The notes beneath the pieces are model-generated. The model saw nothing but the letters and a program-made list of their open reading frames with translations, did no database searches and was not told the origin of the DNA. Below, one piece after another: positions 11,000 to 20,573 of a DNA stretch of 64,000 bases. Each line of letters starts with the position of its first letter. Position 1 is the stretch's first letter. This DNA is from Candidatus Poribacteria bacterium (GTDB taxonomy: Bacteria > Poribacteria > WGA-4E > PCPOR2b): NCBI GenBank assembly GCA_965215015.1, contig OZ244042.1, positions 928,001 through 992,000 of the forward strand, in the 5' to 3' direction. The position numbers were made by a program, and so were the translations under genes.

Positions 11000-13900
11000 T
11001 TAAGCTCCTGCAATGACCAATTTCGTTAGATCGGCAAGCGGATATACCTTTTGGGCGATAGCATTTAACAGCGCAAGTCGGTTGGACCTGAGGGCGGCGT
11101 CTTCCGCCATAACCATTACATCATCGAAGAACTGATCGATTGCGGGTTGAAGCTCACCAAGCTGGATGAGAAGACCCTCATAGTCGCGCTTCTGGACGCA
11201 TCGGTTTAATTCTGCTTCTGCGGCATCCACAGCTGCTCCTAACTGCTTTTCGGCTTCGTCCTGGAACAGGTCGGATTGAATTTCCCCCGGGGGTTGGTCT
11301 GGCAAAATTCTCAGAACGCGATTTAGTGCTGGATATACCCTGTCAAAGTCCGGCCCCTCACGGAAAGTTTTGAGGATTGCTGCCCGCTCTAGAATATCAA
11401 TCACATCAACCTCAGCCGTTGCAAGGATTGCATCGATCAGGTCGGGCGCGTAGCTAAGGTCCAGTGTGTAACTTCGTCCACCTAGAACCACTTCCAGCCG
11501 CCCTTTGATAAAATCAAGCACAGCAGCTTTTGTATCTTCGACGAAATCCACCCGATATAGTTCAATCGCCTTCTCAACGACAGGAGTCAGCGGAAGGCGT
11601 TGGTTCCGCTCATGGAGGATACGTATTGTTCCGATTGCGTGTCGCCTGAGTGAATATGGATCTTGGGAACCCGTGGGCCGCTCATTAATACCGAAGTACC
11701 CAACGATGGTGTCGATTTTATCCGCGAGCGCAACGATTGTCCCCACGTCGGTGCGCGGGATAGGCGCGTCGGCGGCGACAGGTTGATAGTGCTCCTGGAT
11801 TGCTACCGCAACTGCGTGGGATTCACCGGAATTTTCGGCATAATATTTCCCCATAACCCCTTGCAGGGACGGAAATTCGATCACCATCTGTGTTGTCAGA
11901 TCCGCCTTGCAAAGTGATGCCGCTCGAACCACGTGATCTTTGATGTTCTCATCAGCACCAATCTCCTCTGCGATGAATGTAGCGAGCTCCTTCAATCGAC
12001 TGATTTTGTCGTGCAGTGAGCCAAGTCTCACCTGAAAAACAACATTGTGCAGTCGGTCTACTTTATCTGCAAGTGAGGTTTTCTGGTCCTCGTTGTAGAA
12101 GAACGCTGCATCGTTGAGTCGGGCGTGCAAGACCCGCTCGTTGCCGTGACGGACGCCATCAAAGTTGCCATCTGTCCCGTTGGAAATCGCTATGAACTTT
12201 GCCGACAGCTTTCCATCCTCCCCCCACATCGGAAAGTAGCGTTGTTGTGTCTTCATAGGGGTGATTAAGACTTCAGTCGGCAGAGATAAATGAGATTCGC
12301 TGAAACTACCCATAATTGCTTGGGGATTTTCGACGAGGAAATTGACGGTATCCAGCAATTCCGCATCAATCGTGGTCAAACAATCTTCAGTTTTCAGGAT
12401 ATCTGTGACTTGGTTTTCGATCTCTTTTCGCCGTGCCTCCTGATTAACAAGCACATTGACTCCACGTAAACTGTCAATATAGCCTTCAAGCGAAGCAGAA
12501 GTAAGCTCAATTGGTTCTGGATTTAACGAGCGATGACCATAAGTGTGCCTACCTGAACACAAAGTGTCCAGTTGGAAATCAACTACCCCATCCCCCAGCA
12601 AAGCGACCAACCACCGTATGGGACGCGCAAACCTTAGATTATCCCAGCGCATCGTTTTGAGGAAATTTAGGGACTGAATCCACTCAGGGATCTCTGTTTT
12701 TAACAGACTGTGAGTGGATTGACCCTTTTCGAGCTTATCCGCAGCGACATATTCTCCACGCTGCGTTTCAACGATTTTTAGATCCTCGATGTTGACCCCT
12801 TGTGTCCTTGCAAAACCGATCGCCGCTTTGGTGGGATTCCCGTTTGCATCGTAGGCGACCGGTTTCGGGGGACCGACCACTTCCGTGACCTGATCTGGCT
12901 GCAAGGTTGTTAGTCCCTTGACCCATAAGGTTAGGCGTCGCGGAGTCGCCAACGTACGGACTTCTTCAAACGGAAGTCGAGCCTCTGTAAGCGATTGGGA
13001 AGCAACCTCCCGAAGCTGATCCAAGACCGGTGGAATATAGCCGGCGGGAATCTCCTCTGTCCCAATCTCCAAGAGGAAATCCGCAGATGTTTCGCTTTCA
13101 GTTTCCACTTCGACTTGTTCCTCAATCTTCGATCGAGCGTCTAAAACCTTTTTTTCCCCCACCCCTTCCTCTACCTTGGGTTTCCAACGATTCAACAGTG
13201 GATGCCCCATCTCCTCGCGCTGGGCGACATAAGCTCGTGCGGTCCGTTGTGCGAGGCGTCGAACACGCTCAATATAGCCCACGCGTTCCGTCACGCTGAT
13301 GACGCCGCGGGCGTCGAGGACGTTGAATGTATGCGAACATTTCAGGACATAATCCGTCGCTGGTAGTATTAAATCGGCTTTCAAACAGGCTAATGCCTCT
13401 TTTTCGTAGGCGTCAAAGAGATTAAATAGCGTCTCAACGTCCGCGCCCTTAAAATGGTATTTGGAATACTCCACTTCGCTCTGGTGATGTACGTCCCCGT
13501 AGACCAATTGCTTATTCCATTTAATGTCAAAGAAACTACTAACATCTTGCAGATAGAGCGCGATACGTTCAAGCCCATACGTCAGTTCGGCACAGATCGG
13601 ATCTAACTCAATGCTCCCCATCTGTTGAAAGTAGGTGAACTGCGTCACTTCGGCACCGTTCCACCAGACCTCCCAACCGAGTCCAGATCCCCCTAGCGTC
13701 GGTGCTTCCCAATCGTCTTCAACAAAACGGAAGTCATTTCGGCGGGGATCAATCCCCAAATACTGTAAACTCTCAAGGTAGACCGGGAGCACGTCTGGCG
13801 GTGCGGGTTTAAGAATTACCTGATATTGGTAGTATGCCCCAAGCCGAAACGGATTTTCGCCGTACCGACCATCGGCAGGACGCCGCGAGGGTTCAACATA

Positions 13901-14056
13901 AGCGACCTGCCACGGCTCTGGTCCGAGGCAGCGTAGGAAGGTGGCGGGATTAAACGTTCCTGCGCCGACCTCAACATCGGTCGGCTGCTGAATGGTGCAG
14001 CCGTAATCCGCCCAAAATTTTTCTAAAGCGAGAATTATTTCTTGAAAAGTCATCAT
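11000..14056 (-). CDS. glyQS: Glycine--tRNA ligase, fused alpha and beta subunits
   Basis: Alpha motifs ([30 protein letters not shown]), a charged linker, then beta motifs ([28 protein letters not shown]) in one ORF. Confidence 0.95.
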   Translation of the reverse strand: MMTFQEIILALEKFWADYGCTIQQPTDVEVGAGTFNPATFLRCLGPEPWQVAYVEPSRRPADGRYGENPFRLGAYYQYQVILKPAPPDVLPVYLESLQYLGIDPRRNDFRFVEDDWEAPTLGGSGLGWEVWWNGAEVTQFTYFQQMGSIELDPICAELTYGLERIALYLQDVSSFFDIKWNKQLVYGDVHHQSEVEYSKYHFKGADVETLFNLFDAYEKEALACLKADLILPATDYVLKCSHTFNVLDARGVISVTERVGYIERVRRLAQRTARAYVAQREEMGHPLLNRWKPKVEEGVGEKKVLDARSKIEEQVEVETESETSADFLLEIGTEEIPAGYIPPVLDQLREVASQSLTEARLPFEEVRTLATPRRLTLWVKGLTTLQPDQVTEVVGPPKPVAYDANGNPTKAAIGFARTQGVNIEDLKIVETQRGEYVAADKLEKGQSTHSLLKTEIPEWIQSLNFLKTMRWDNLRFARPIRWLVALLGDGVVDFQLDTLCSGRHTYGHRSLNPEPIELTSASLEGYIDSLRGVNVLVNQEARRKEIENQVTDILKTEDCLTTIDAELLDTVNFLVENPQAIMGSFSESHLSLPTEVLITPMKTQQRYFPMWGEDGKLSAKFIAISNGTDGNFDGVRHGNERVLHARLNDAAFFYNEDQKTSLADKVDRLHNVVFQVRLGSLHDKISRLKELATFIAEEIGADENIKDHVVRAASLCKADLTTQMVIEFPSLQGVMGKYYAENSGESHAVAVAIQEHYQPVAADAPIPRTDVGTIVALADKIDTIVGYFGINERPTGSQDPYSLRRHAIGTIRILHERNQRLPLTPVVEKAIELYRVDFVEDTKAAVLDFIKGRLEVVLGGRSYTLDLSYAPDLIDAILATAEVDVIDILERAAILKTFREGPDFDRVYPALNRVLRILPDQPPGEIQSDLFQDEAEKQLGAAVDAAEAELNRCVQKRDYEGLLIQLGELQPAIDQFFDDVMVMAEDAALRSNRLALLNAIAQKVYPLADLTKLVIAGA

Positions 14057-14149
14057 TACGATTCCTTATAGTAATTCAAGTTGCTCGTTGAAAAACGCCG
14101 TTAAAAAATCCTCGGAATTTTCATAGTTTTGCGAAGAATTTGATAAAGA

Positions 14150-14458
14150 AGGACTTACGCAGTTGAACCTCCGAAGCCTTGTAGTTTAGCGATTCATCGC
14201 CGCCGTTGAGCATGCCTTTCAACGCCCGATTCCTCGGGAGGCGACCGTTCCTCCCAAAGTAGTAGGCACACTCCGCCGTACCGTCGCCCCCCTCTAATCC
14301 CAAATACCTACACGGTTCTTTTCCCCCTGCTTGCGGGGGGTGGGGGGGCATAGCGGGGGAAGGGAGGGACAGCATACGGTAACTACCATCGGGCGATTTA
14401 TCGTCTATGGCAACGCGGGTTGAATGGCGTTACCACAAACTCAAGTGCACAAGTCCTA
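14150..14458. mobile_element. MITE-like element, family A
   Basis: Left end AGGACTTACGCAGTTGA and right end AAACTCAAGTGCACAAGTCCTA; internal REP-like palindromes; the same ends recur elsewhere in the window. Confidence 0.7.
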
Positions 14459-14490
14459 TTCTCTTTACATTCACACTTTATGTATCATCG

Positions 14491-17487
14491 TCAATGGTCC
14501 AAATCCAATAAATCAAATCTGCCCCCACGGAGCAGGTTTTCACGGGCGCGTTCTGCGTTCCGAGACACACTTTCGTCGCTGCTTTTGAAGCCTGCTCCCA
14601 GGATGATTTTTGCTTCCTTTGTTTGAATGTAGATGTTGTCGTATCTTCTCCCATCGGTCAGCTTGACAAAGCATTCAATGACCTTGGCGGTGTGAGCCGG
14701 AAGCATTTCGCACAACGCCTCCACCTCAATAGCGATTGATGCCTCATCTGACTTGCAAACATCCAGAATCTTGGAGTATGCGTCCAATCGCCATTCAGCG
14801 TTTAGGCACTTGGCTTTCAGCCAGAAGGTAAACTGGCGCAGTTCCCTTGGCTCTTTCACTTCAAAACGCCAATCAAAGAAAGTAGTGATTCTATCTTCCA
14901 AGTCTTTATCTAGTTGCTTACTCGTACTCCACAAGATACGGCCAACATAGTTGAACAAATTCGCCCAGTGCTCTCGGTTATTGTCAATTGCCTCGTAATA
15001 TCGTTCAAGTAAAGAATCATAGTCGTTGTTCCTTGCCGATCTCTTGAGCAGATACATTCCCCACAAATAGTAGGTAAATAGGTGTCGACCAATACCCTCT
15101 GTAAGTTTTTCCTCGGGGCTATTTCGCTTCATGGGATTGCCGAGGCTATCCACCTGTTTTTTATCGGAGCCATCTTGCTTTTTGAAGCCGGTTAGATATT
15201 GCAGCGCAAAATCGAAATCATCCTGAAAAATTTCAAAGATGTCCTCGAAAGGACGATTATGGCTCACGAAACTGCTAAATGCCGCCAGCCATGCAGGTAA
15301 CTTGTCTTGTGGGAAAAAATCTGATTTGTGCTCGGCCGCCCATGTTTTATCAAGGCTAAAAATCAAGCGATAGTCTCTGCCTAAAATCGCATACTCCGGC
15401 AACGTCAAAGGGCTTTCGGTTTCCGGGGCAAACCGTTTTTCAAGAATTGTCGTCATCTCAGACACTTTGGATGCCGAATCATGCCGCCGTAACCAGAAAC
15501 CGAATCTAACCAGTGCCTCTAGCGCACGCCCCCGCGTATTGTTGATGGCCTCATCAATTAGGTCGTCTTGGATCGAGAGACCTGCCTTCTTTTGATCCAA
15601 GTGCCGGTCAAATTGCGTGCACAGCATTTCCAGAAGCTTGGCAAGGTGTCCTCGAGCCCCAATAGGTGCCTCCACCTCCTTTTCTATACATGTTTCGATA
15701 AAGCCACCGACTATTTCCCGTAAATTGTACCATTCACCATTCTCTTGAGATTCATCGTCAATTCTATATTCGTCTCGATCTATATGTGAAAGGATCCACT
15801 CGCTAGATATTAACCACTCGTTGAGGTTGTCAAAGTTCTTTTCCTCTACGTGCAACCGCATTCCTTCAATCATCGCCCGCACGTAAATAGGGCGCATCTC
15901 TTTGAGATTATCCAACCAGAACCGGAGTCTGTTGGTATTGGGGATAATCGTCTCCTTGAAAACCGTCTGAAACGCTCCGGCGAGTCCTTTGATATTAATC
16001 TCTACCAACCCATCTCTTTCCGATTCCGAGAAGAGCTCGTTTCCTTCCCATTCGTTTATGTAGGAGAGTAGCTCATCATCCGTGAGAGAGGCAAGGGCTT
16101 CGGGTGAGCGCGGACTACGAGTTAGCACGTATCCGCCCCCTGTTTTCATCGGCGGATAGTCCTCATCAGAAATTGGGACGGTGGTTTTAGCTGCCAACTC
16201 TCGGAAGTAGGTCTTATATTCATCAAATAGTACAGCCTTAAAAGGCTTGAACTGCTTTCGATGGAAATCACGTTGACGTTGTTGAAATCCCTCCTCGGTG
16301 AATTCTTCACCCAGCCATTCTAATACCCACGCTTGATAATTCGCTTTTGATGGACCGCTACGGATGGCATCGAAGATTTGTGCCCGTTCCGCTTTGGTGA
16401 GTAACGTTTCGCCGAAGTGTTCACATGCACTCCGTATCATCCGCTGAAATTCATAACGATGTTCCGATAAATGATAACCTTCATGCTCCAGAATCAGTTC
16501 CCGAATCCACGGTTTGGTTTGCGCGTTTGGGTATTGGGCATACAGGTGCTGGCGCAGGCATTTAAAAACTCCCCACTGTTGGTTCCGTAGATCCTTGTCC
16601 AAAGCCACAACTGAGTCGGGTGATTTTTCGTAAACCTGCTTGCAAGCAAAAATCAAGGTATGCACAAGCGTTTTATCGGGAGCTCCGTAGTCGGTATCCA
16701 ACCCATCGAGCCGTTCATACCATATCTCGGAAGAGTCTATCCCTTGATTAATTTCCTCCTGATGCGTTCGCAAGCGAATCATATTCACTGCGGCCTCAGT
16801 AAGGAGGCGGGCAACTTGGCAAGGTTCCTTCTCAGCAAGTGGACAGACTCCTTTGGACATTATCTCACTGTATTCCGATCTGCCAATCCGAGGTGATGGC
16901 TTAAGTGATGTCTCGCAGAACGTACCGAAGTCTGTCGGATTCTTTCTTCGACGCTTCTCCTTGACCTCTGATTGAGGATCGGGTACAAATTGAATCAGTA
17001 TTCCTGTAAGTTCCAATGCAGCCCGTGTTTGATTCTCCGCTGTCCAATGGGCTAATAAATCCGCGTATCTATATGTCCACGACCGGAGATCTACACCTGC
17101 AAATTCAAGCTTTATATATTCAAGTATTTTCGGTTTTAGCTGTGCAGATTGCTCTCCGTGGAGCCGCAGTGCAATTTCCAAAATCTCATTATAGACGCTT
17201 GGGTTATCAACCTTGGGAAGTCCCAATACTAAATTAATAACTTCCTCAGGTACATCGCAAGACACATTCTTGAGGTATTGGAGCTCGGACCAGGAAGGGA
17301 ATTGAACACAGCCATCATCAAAGTATCTAATACTTGGAGGCGACTGAAAATAGCCACGCTCGACAAGCGGTTGTATCCACAGGGGGTTTTTCAACCGGGA
17401 GAAAAAATACCGGCGACTCGTTTCCTTTTTGACCAACTTCAGGGTCCTATCTATCATTTCATTCGTTGGTTTCTTCCAAGATTTCAT
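14491..17487 (-). CDS. Large hypothetical protein, probably all-helical (ARM/TPR-like); candidate defence sensor
   Basis: 998-aa ORF with AAGGAG 5 nt before the ATG. No Walker A or catalytic motif recognised. Overlaps the upstream gene by 29 nt. Confidence 0.6.
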   Translation of the reverse strand: MKSWKKPTNEMIDRTLKLVKKETSRRYFFSRLKNPLWIQPLVERGYFQSPPSIRYFDDGCVQFPSWSELQYLKNVSCDVPEEVINLVLGLPKVDNPSVYNEILEIALRLHGEQSAQLKPKILEYIKLEFAGVDLRSWTYRYADLLAHWTAENQTRAALELTGILIQFVPDPQSEVKEKRRRKNPTDFGTFCETSLKPSPRIGRSEYSEIMSKGVCPLAEKEPCQVARLLTEAAVNMIRLRTHQEEINQGIDSSEIWYERLDGLDTDYGAPDKTLVHTLIFACKQVYEKSPDSVVALDKDLRNQQWGVFKCLRQHLYAQYPNAQTKPWIRELILEHEGYHLSEHRYEFQRMIRSACEHFGETLLTKAERAQIFDAIRSGPSKANYQAWVLEWLGEEFTEEGFQQRQRDFHRKQFKPFKAVLFDEYKTYFRELAAKTTVPISDEDYPPMKTGGGYVLTRSPRSPEALASLTDDELLSYINEWEGNELFSESERDGLVEINIKGLAGAFQTVFKETIIPNTNRLRFWLDNLKEMRPIYVRAMIEGMRLHVEEKNFDNLNEWLISSEWILSHIDRDEYRIDDESQENGEWYNLREIVGGFIETCIEKEVEAPIGARGHLAKLLEMLCTQFDRHLDQKKAGLSIQDDLIDEAINNTRGRALEALVRFGFWLRRHDSASKVSEMTTILEKRFAPETESPLTLPEYAILGRDYRLIFSLDKTWAAEHKSDFFPQDKLPAWLAAFSSFVSHNRPFEDIFEIFQDDFDFALQYLTGFKKQDGSDKKQVDSLGNPMKRNSPEEKLTEGIGRHLFTYYLWGMYLLKRSARNNDYDSLLERYYEAIDNNREHWANLFNYVGRILWSTSKQLDKDLEDRITTFFDWRFEVKEPRELRQFTFWLKAKCLNAEWRLDAYSKILDVCKSDEASIAIEVEALCEMLPAHTAKVIECFVKLTDGRRYDNIYIQTKEAKIILGAGFKSSDESVSRNAERARENLLRGGRFDLLDLDH

Positions 17488-18088
17488 GGAGACTCCTTAG
17501 CTGTTCAAGTGCGCTACCTGCAGCGACGTATAGTAAGCCATCAAGCGTCCGAAAATGTCTTTCCAATTTAGATGGCGCATTTCTCTCAAACTCGTCCTCG
17601 CGTAGATGGGCATGTGCGAGAAACCACTGCCTTGTGCTCTTCCATTCCGTCAGAAAATTCTGGGGAATCTCCTCTCTGTCGGCATAATCCAAAAACTTAA
17701 AAAAGAAAAGACTACCTAACTCTGAGGCTCGGAGATGCCCCGCCCTGTGTTCATCAATAAGGGTTTGTATCTTCTCACAAACTTCATAAGGGATCAAATG
17801 CCCGTTTTCAGCGTTATCTATCTTATTAATCCCTGGTGTTCCCCATTCATCTTTCCAATGATTCTGTAGTTCATCCAAGCGATTTGCATACTGGACCTGT
17901 TCGCCCTTGCTCCCCAATCGAGCAAGGCCGTTCATCAAATCTCTACCTGCATGGGACACAAACAGAATGTAGCTCGGGGGCTTTTTATATAGAAGATTCA
18001 ATGCGCCTTTGTACAATTCAGCATACCCCGGCAGCTCGAGTTTGTCGTTGAGCCAGTTAAAAATTGTCTGCTGCTCTGTCGAAAGCAT
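17459..18088 (-). CDS. Hypothetical protein, HEPN-like (putative RNase effector)
   Basis: About 210 aa. Contains SHAGRDLMNGL and RQWFLAH (Rx5H, fits the HEPN Rx4-6H signature). Alternative start at 18115. Confidence 0.5.
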   Translation of the reverse strand: MLSTEQQTIFNWLNDKLELPGYAELYKGALNLLYKKPPSYILFVSHAGRDLMNGLARLGSKGEQVQYANRLDELQNHWKDEWGTPGINKIDNAENGHLIPYEVCEKIQTLIDEHRAGHLRASELGSLFFFKFLDYADREEIPQNFLTEWKSTRQWFLAHAHLREDEFERNAPSKLERHFRTLDGLLYVAAGSALEQLRSLHEILEETNE

Positions 18089-18143
18089 TACGCCTTCACT
18101 ACTTGTATGGTTCAAAGTTGAAACTTTCTAACAGGTCGGAAAC

Positions 18144-20120
18144 TTATTCGCCATAAAACACCCGATTCAACGCCTTATCCTCCGCACTGACACCAAAATC
18201 CTCGTCCTCTATCTCCGAAAGATTGACATACAATTGGTTCTTATCCAACAGTTCCACTAAGAGTTTTTTCTGCTTTTCCAACCCATTTTCGCCTTGACCG
18301 ATTTCGATGAAATTCGCTACCGCATCTTCCGGGGTTTTTGCGTTGACGTACCAGTTCAGGAATGAGCTTTCGGCGATGTTCCGCCAGAGTGCCACAAGCA
18401 CTTTGGAGGATTTTGCAGTTTGGATTTGATCCATGAAGGCTTGGTTGTATGGCATCAATTCACAATAGATGAAGTCACCGCCGCCCTGCCAGTTGACAGA
18501 TTCGGAGATGCCCCCGGTGTCGTATCCAATTTCTTTGATTAGCTTTCCTTCTACTTTAATTCTTTTGCCGACAACTTTTTTGAGCCTCTCTGTTGTGATA
18601 GTTTCCATGTAATCCATCTGTTCAACAGCTATCCATTGTCGGTTCATCTTGTGAGCAACTGCGGCGGTTGTACCGCTTCCGACGTGAAAATCTAAGACAA
18701 TATCCCCTTCTTCTGTTGTATATTCAATGATGCGCTCGATAAGTCCTTCATTCTTAGGATATGAAAACACCTTTTCTCCAAATAGTTCTACAATTTCATC
18801 CGTGCCTTTCCTGTTGACCATGCTTTTCAGTAATTCATCCATCGCTTGATTAAGAAAATCCGATGACACATAAGCCTTTTTTCCTTCATCTTCAGACTTA
18901 AAGACTCGCATGGCGGGGCGTTTCAGGGCATGAAAGCTATAATCGCCCGGGAAAACGATCTTTCCTTTTCTCAGATATTCATCTACTGAATCTTTAGTAA
19001 CACCCCAGCAACGATTCGGATTCACAGGAAATTCTTGTCCGTTCCGTGGATTTACTAATGTGAAATTTGAGTTGGGGCGTTCATAAATTGTGCGCTGAGT
19101 GGTCAGGTCAGTTAATCTCCATTCATCGTCAGGAAAATCGGGTGTCTTGTAATACCTCCTCTCAACAGTGCGTCCGAAAAGTGCATCTGTTTTCGATGCA
19201 CCTTTTGTATACATCAGCATCCAGTCGAAATCCTGTGATAGTTTATAAGGCACATCGCTTTTTCCACTCCGTGTCTTTCTCGGAACGGTCGCAATAAAGT
19301 CATCTCTGCCGAATATATCATCCGCCACAAGTTTCAAATAGTGCATTTCTTGGTCGCCAATGTGAATGAAGATTACCCCACCAATCTTCAGCAATCCTCG
19401 CGCTACTTCCAACCGATTCTTCATAAACGTTAACCATGTCGAATGATTGAAACTATCGTTATAGCCGAAACTATCACTCCCCGTGTTATACGGAGGGTCA
19501 ATGTAGATTAGTTTTACCTTGCCGCGAAACTGAGTTTTCAACGTGTGCAACGCCAGTAGGTTGTTCCCCTTGATGAGCAGGTTTTCCCGAATTACGCCGT
19601 TGTCAACCCGCTTGATCTCCTTCACCTTCTGCTCACCGTCAACCGTGTAGCGTTTCCAACGGGTCAACACTTTTGGATCAAAAAGACAATTAATCTCATC
19701 CTGCGCTAGGATTTCATTGAAAAATATCTCTTTGCGCTTCTCCTCCTCCTGCGTCTGTCCGCCCTCCAGCACACAATCTTTATAGGGCCAAACCAAAGAC
19801 ACCTCACCGCGTTCCTGTAGAAATTTATCGCTGATGTTCAAGCCAATTCTGTTGCGGAAGCGGGTGTAGGAGTTGGCGAGAAAATTTTTGTCGGAAACGT
19901 ATTCGATGAAAGTGTTAGTATTGAAGATGTAGTGTCCTTCGATCTCGTCAAAGAATTTTGCCTTTATATTGGGGTCCCCGATTAGCAATCTCACGAGGTC
20001 ATGGTCAATCTTCCACGCCCGATCTATCACCGCCGCTTTGACCAGTTCGCCTTCGTGGTCAACAAAACGGGGGTCGGTTTTGAGGAGACTGATTAGCTTT
20101 TCGTGAAAGTGTTTTAGCAT
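18144..20120 (-). CDS. mod: Type III R-M methyltransferase subunit, copy 2
   Basis: IKGNNL, YIDPPYN, FSYPKNEGL, DFHVGSGTT; beta-class motif order with a central TRD; downstream of res. Confidence 0.92.
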   Translation of the reverse strand: MLKHFHEKLISLLKTDPRFVDHEGELVKAAVIDRAWKIDHDLVRLLIGDPNIKAKFFDEIEGHYIFNTNTFIEYVSDKNFLANSYTRFRNRIGLNISDKFLQERGEVSLVWPYKDCVLEGGQTQEEEKRKEIFFNEILAQDEINCLFDPKVLTRWKRYTVDGEQKVKEIKRVDNGVIRENLLIKGNNLLALHTLKTQFRGKVKLIYIDPPYNTGSDSFGYNDSFNHSTWLTFMKNRLEVARGLLKIGGVIFIHIGDQEMHYLKLVADDIFGRDDFIATVPRKTRSGKSDVPYKLSQDFDWMLMYTKGASKTDALFGRTVERRYYKTPDFPDDEWRLTDLTTQRTIYERPNSNFTLVNPRNGQEFPVNPNRCWGVTKDSVDEYLRKGKIVFPGDYSFHALKRPAMRVFKSEDEGKKAYVSSDFLNQAMDELLKSMVNRKGTDEIVELFGEKVFSYPKNEGLIERIIEYTTEEGDIVLDFHVGSGTTAAVAHKMNRQWIAVEQMDYMETITTERLKKVVGKRIKVEGKLIKEIGYDTGGISESVNWQGGGDFIYCELMPYNQAFMDQIQTAKSSKVLVALWRNIAESSFLNWYVNAKTPEDAVANFIEIGQGENGLEKQKKLLVELLDKNQLYVNLSEIEDEDFGVSAEDKALNRVFYGE

Positions 20121-20130
20121 GTTGGGGGCC

Positions 20131-20411
20131 TTACGGATTTTCCATAAACATATCTGTCAGATGGTGATGACTATTGAACGATCCAAACAAACGGGCTCCT
20201 TCGGGTAAATTGGTGGACCAGGGTTTGTAATTATTTTTTATCCACCGATAGACGGATCGATTGCCTATCCCTTTGCGCGCAAACAGCAAGGCGAGGGTAA
20301 CGACCTCAGAGGGATAGAGATTGACTTTTGTATGTTTTTGGTTTTTGCCGTGTTTTGTGAATTTATCATCAACACGATAGAACAATTGCATGTAAAATCT
20401 ACAGAGGTCAT
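20131..20411 (-). pseudogene. Truncated, frameshifted transposase N-terminus (IS982-like)
   Basis: MTSVDF / MQLFYRVDD...LYPSEVVTLALLF...YRW...LPE.ARLF resembles IS982-family N-termini. There is a 5' frameshift and no DDE domain. Confidence 0.7.
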
Positions 20412-20573
20412 GAGTTTGGCTTTCCTCCCGTTAATTGAGAGTTGACAAGGCACGAATCTCCGATAAGGTTGGGAAGTATTCACGGGGACACCCATCAAAA
20501 CCTACTTATGTGCACCCCTGGATTAAACTTATTGGTTATTATTTAAGGTTGAAAATTTCTAATGGGTTGAAAC

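Noticed and set aside
14491-17487. Avs/STAND NTPase assignment for the 998-aa protein
   Set aside because: No Walker A/B motif was found in either gene of the pair.
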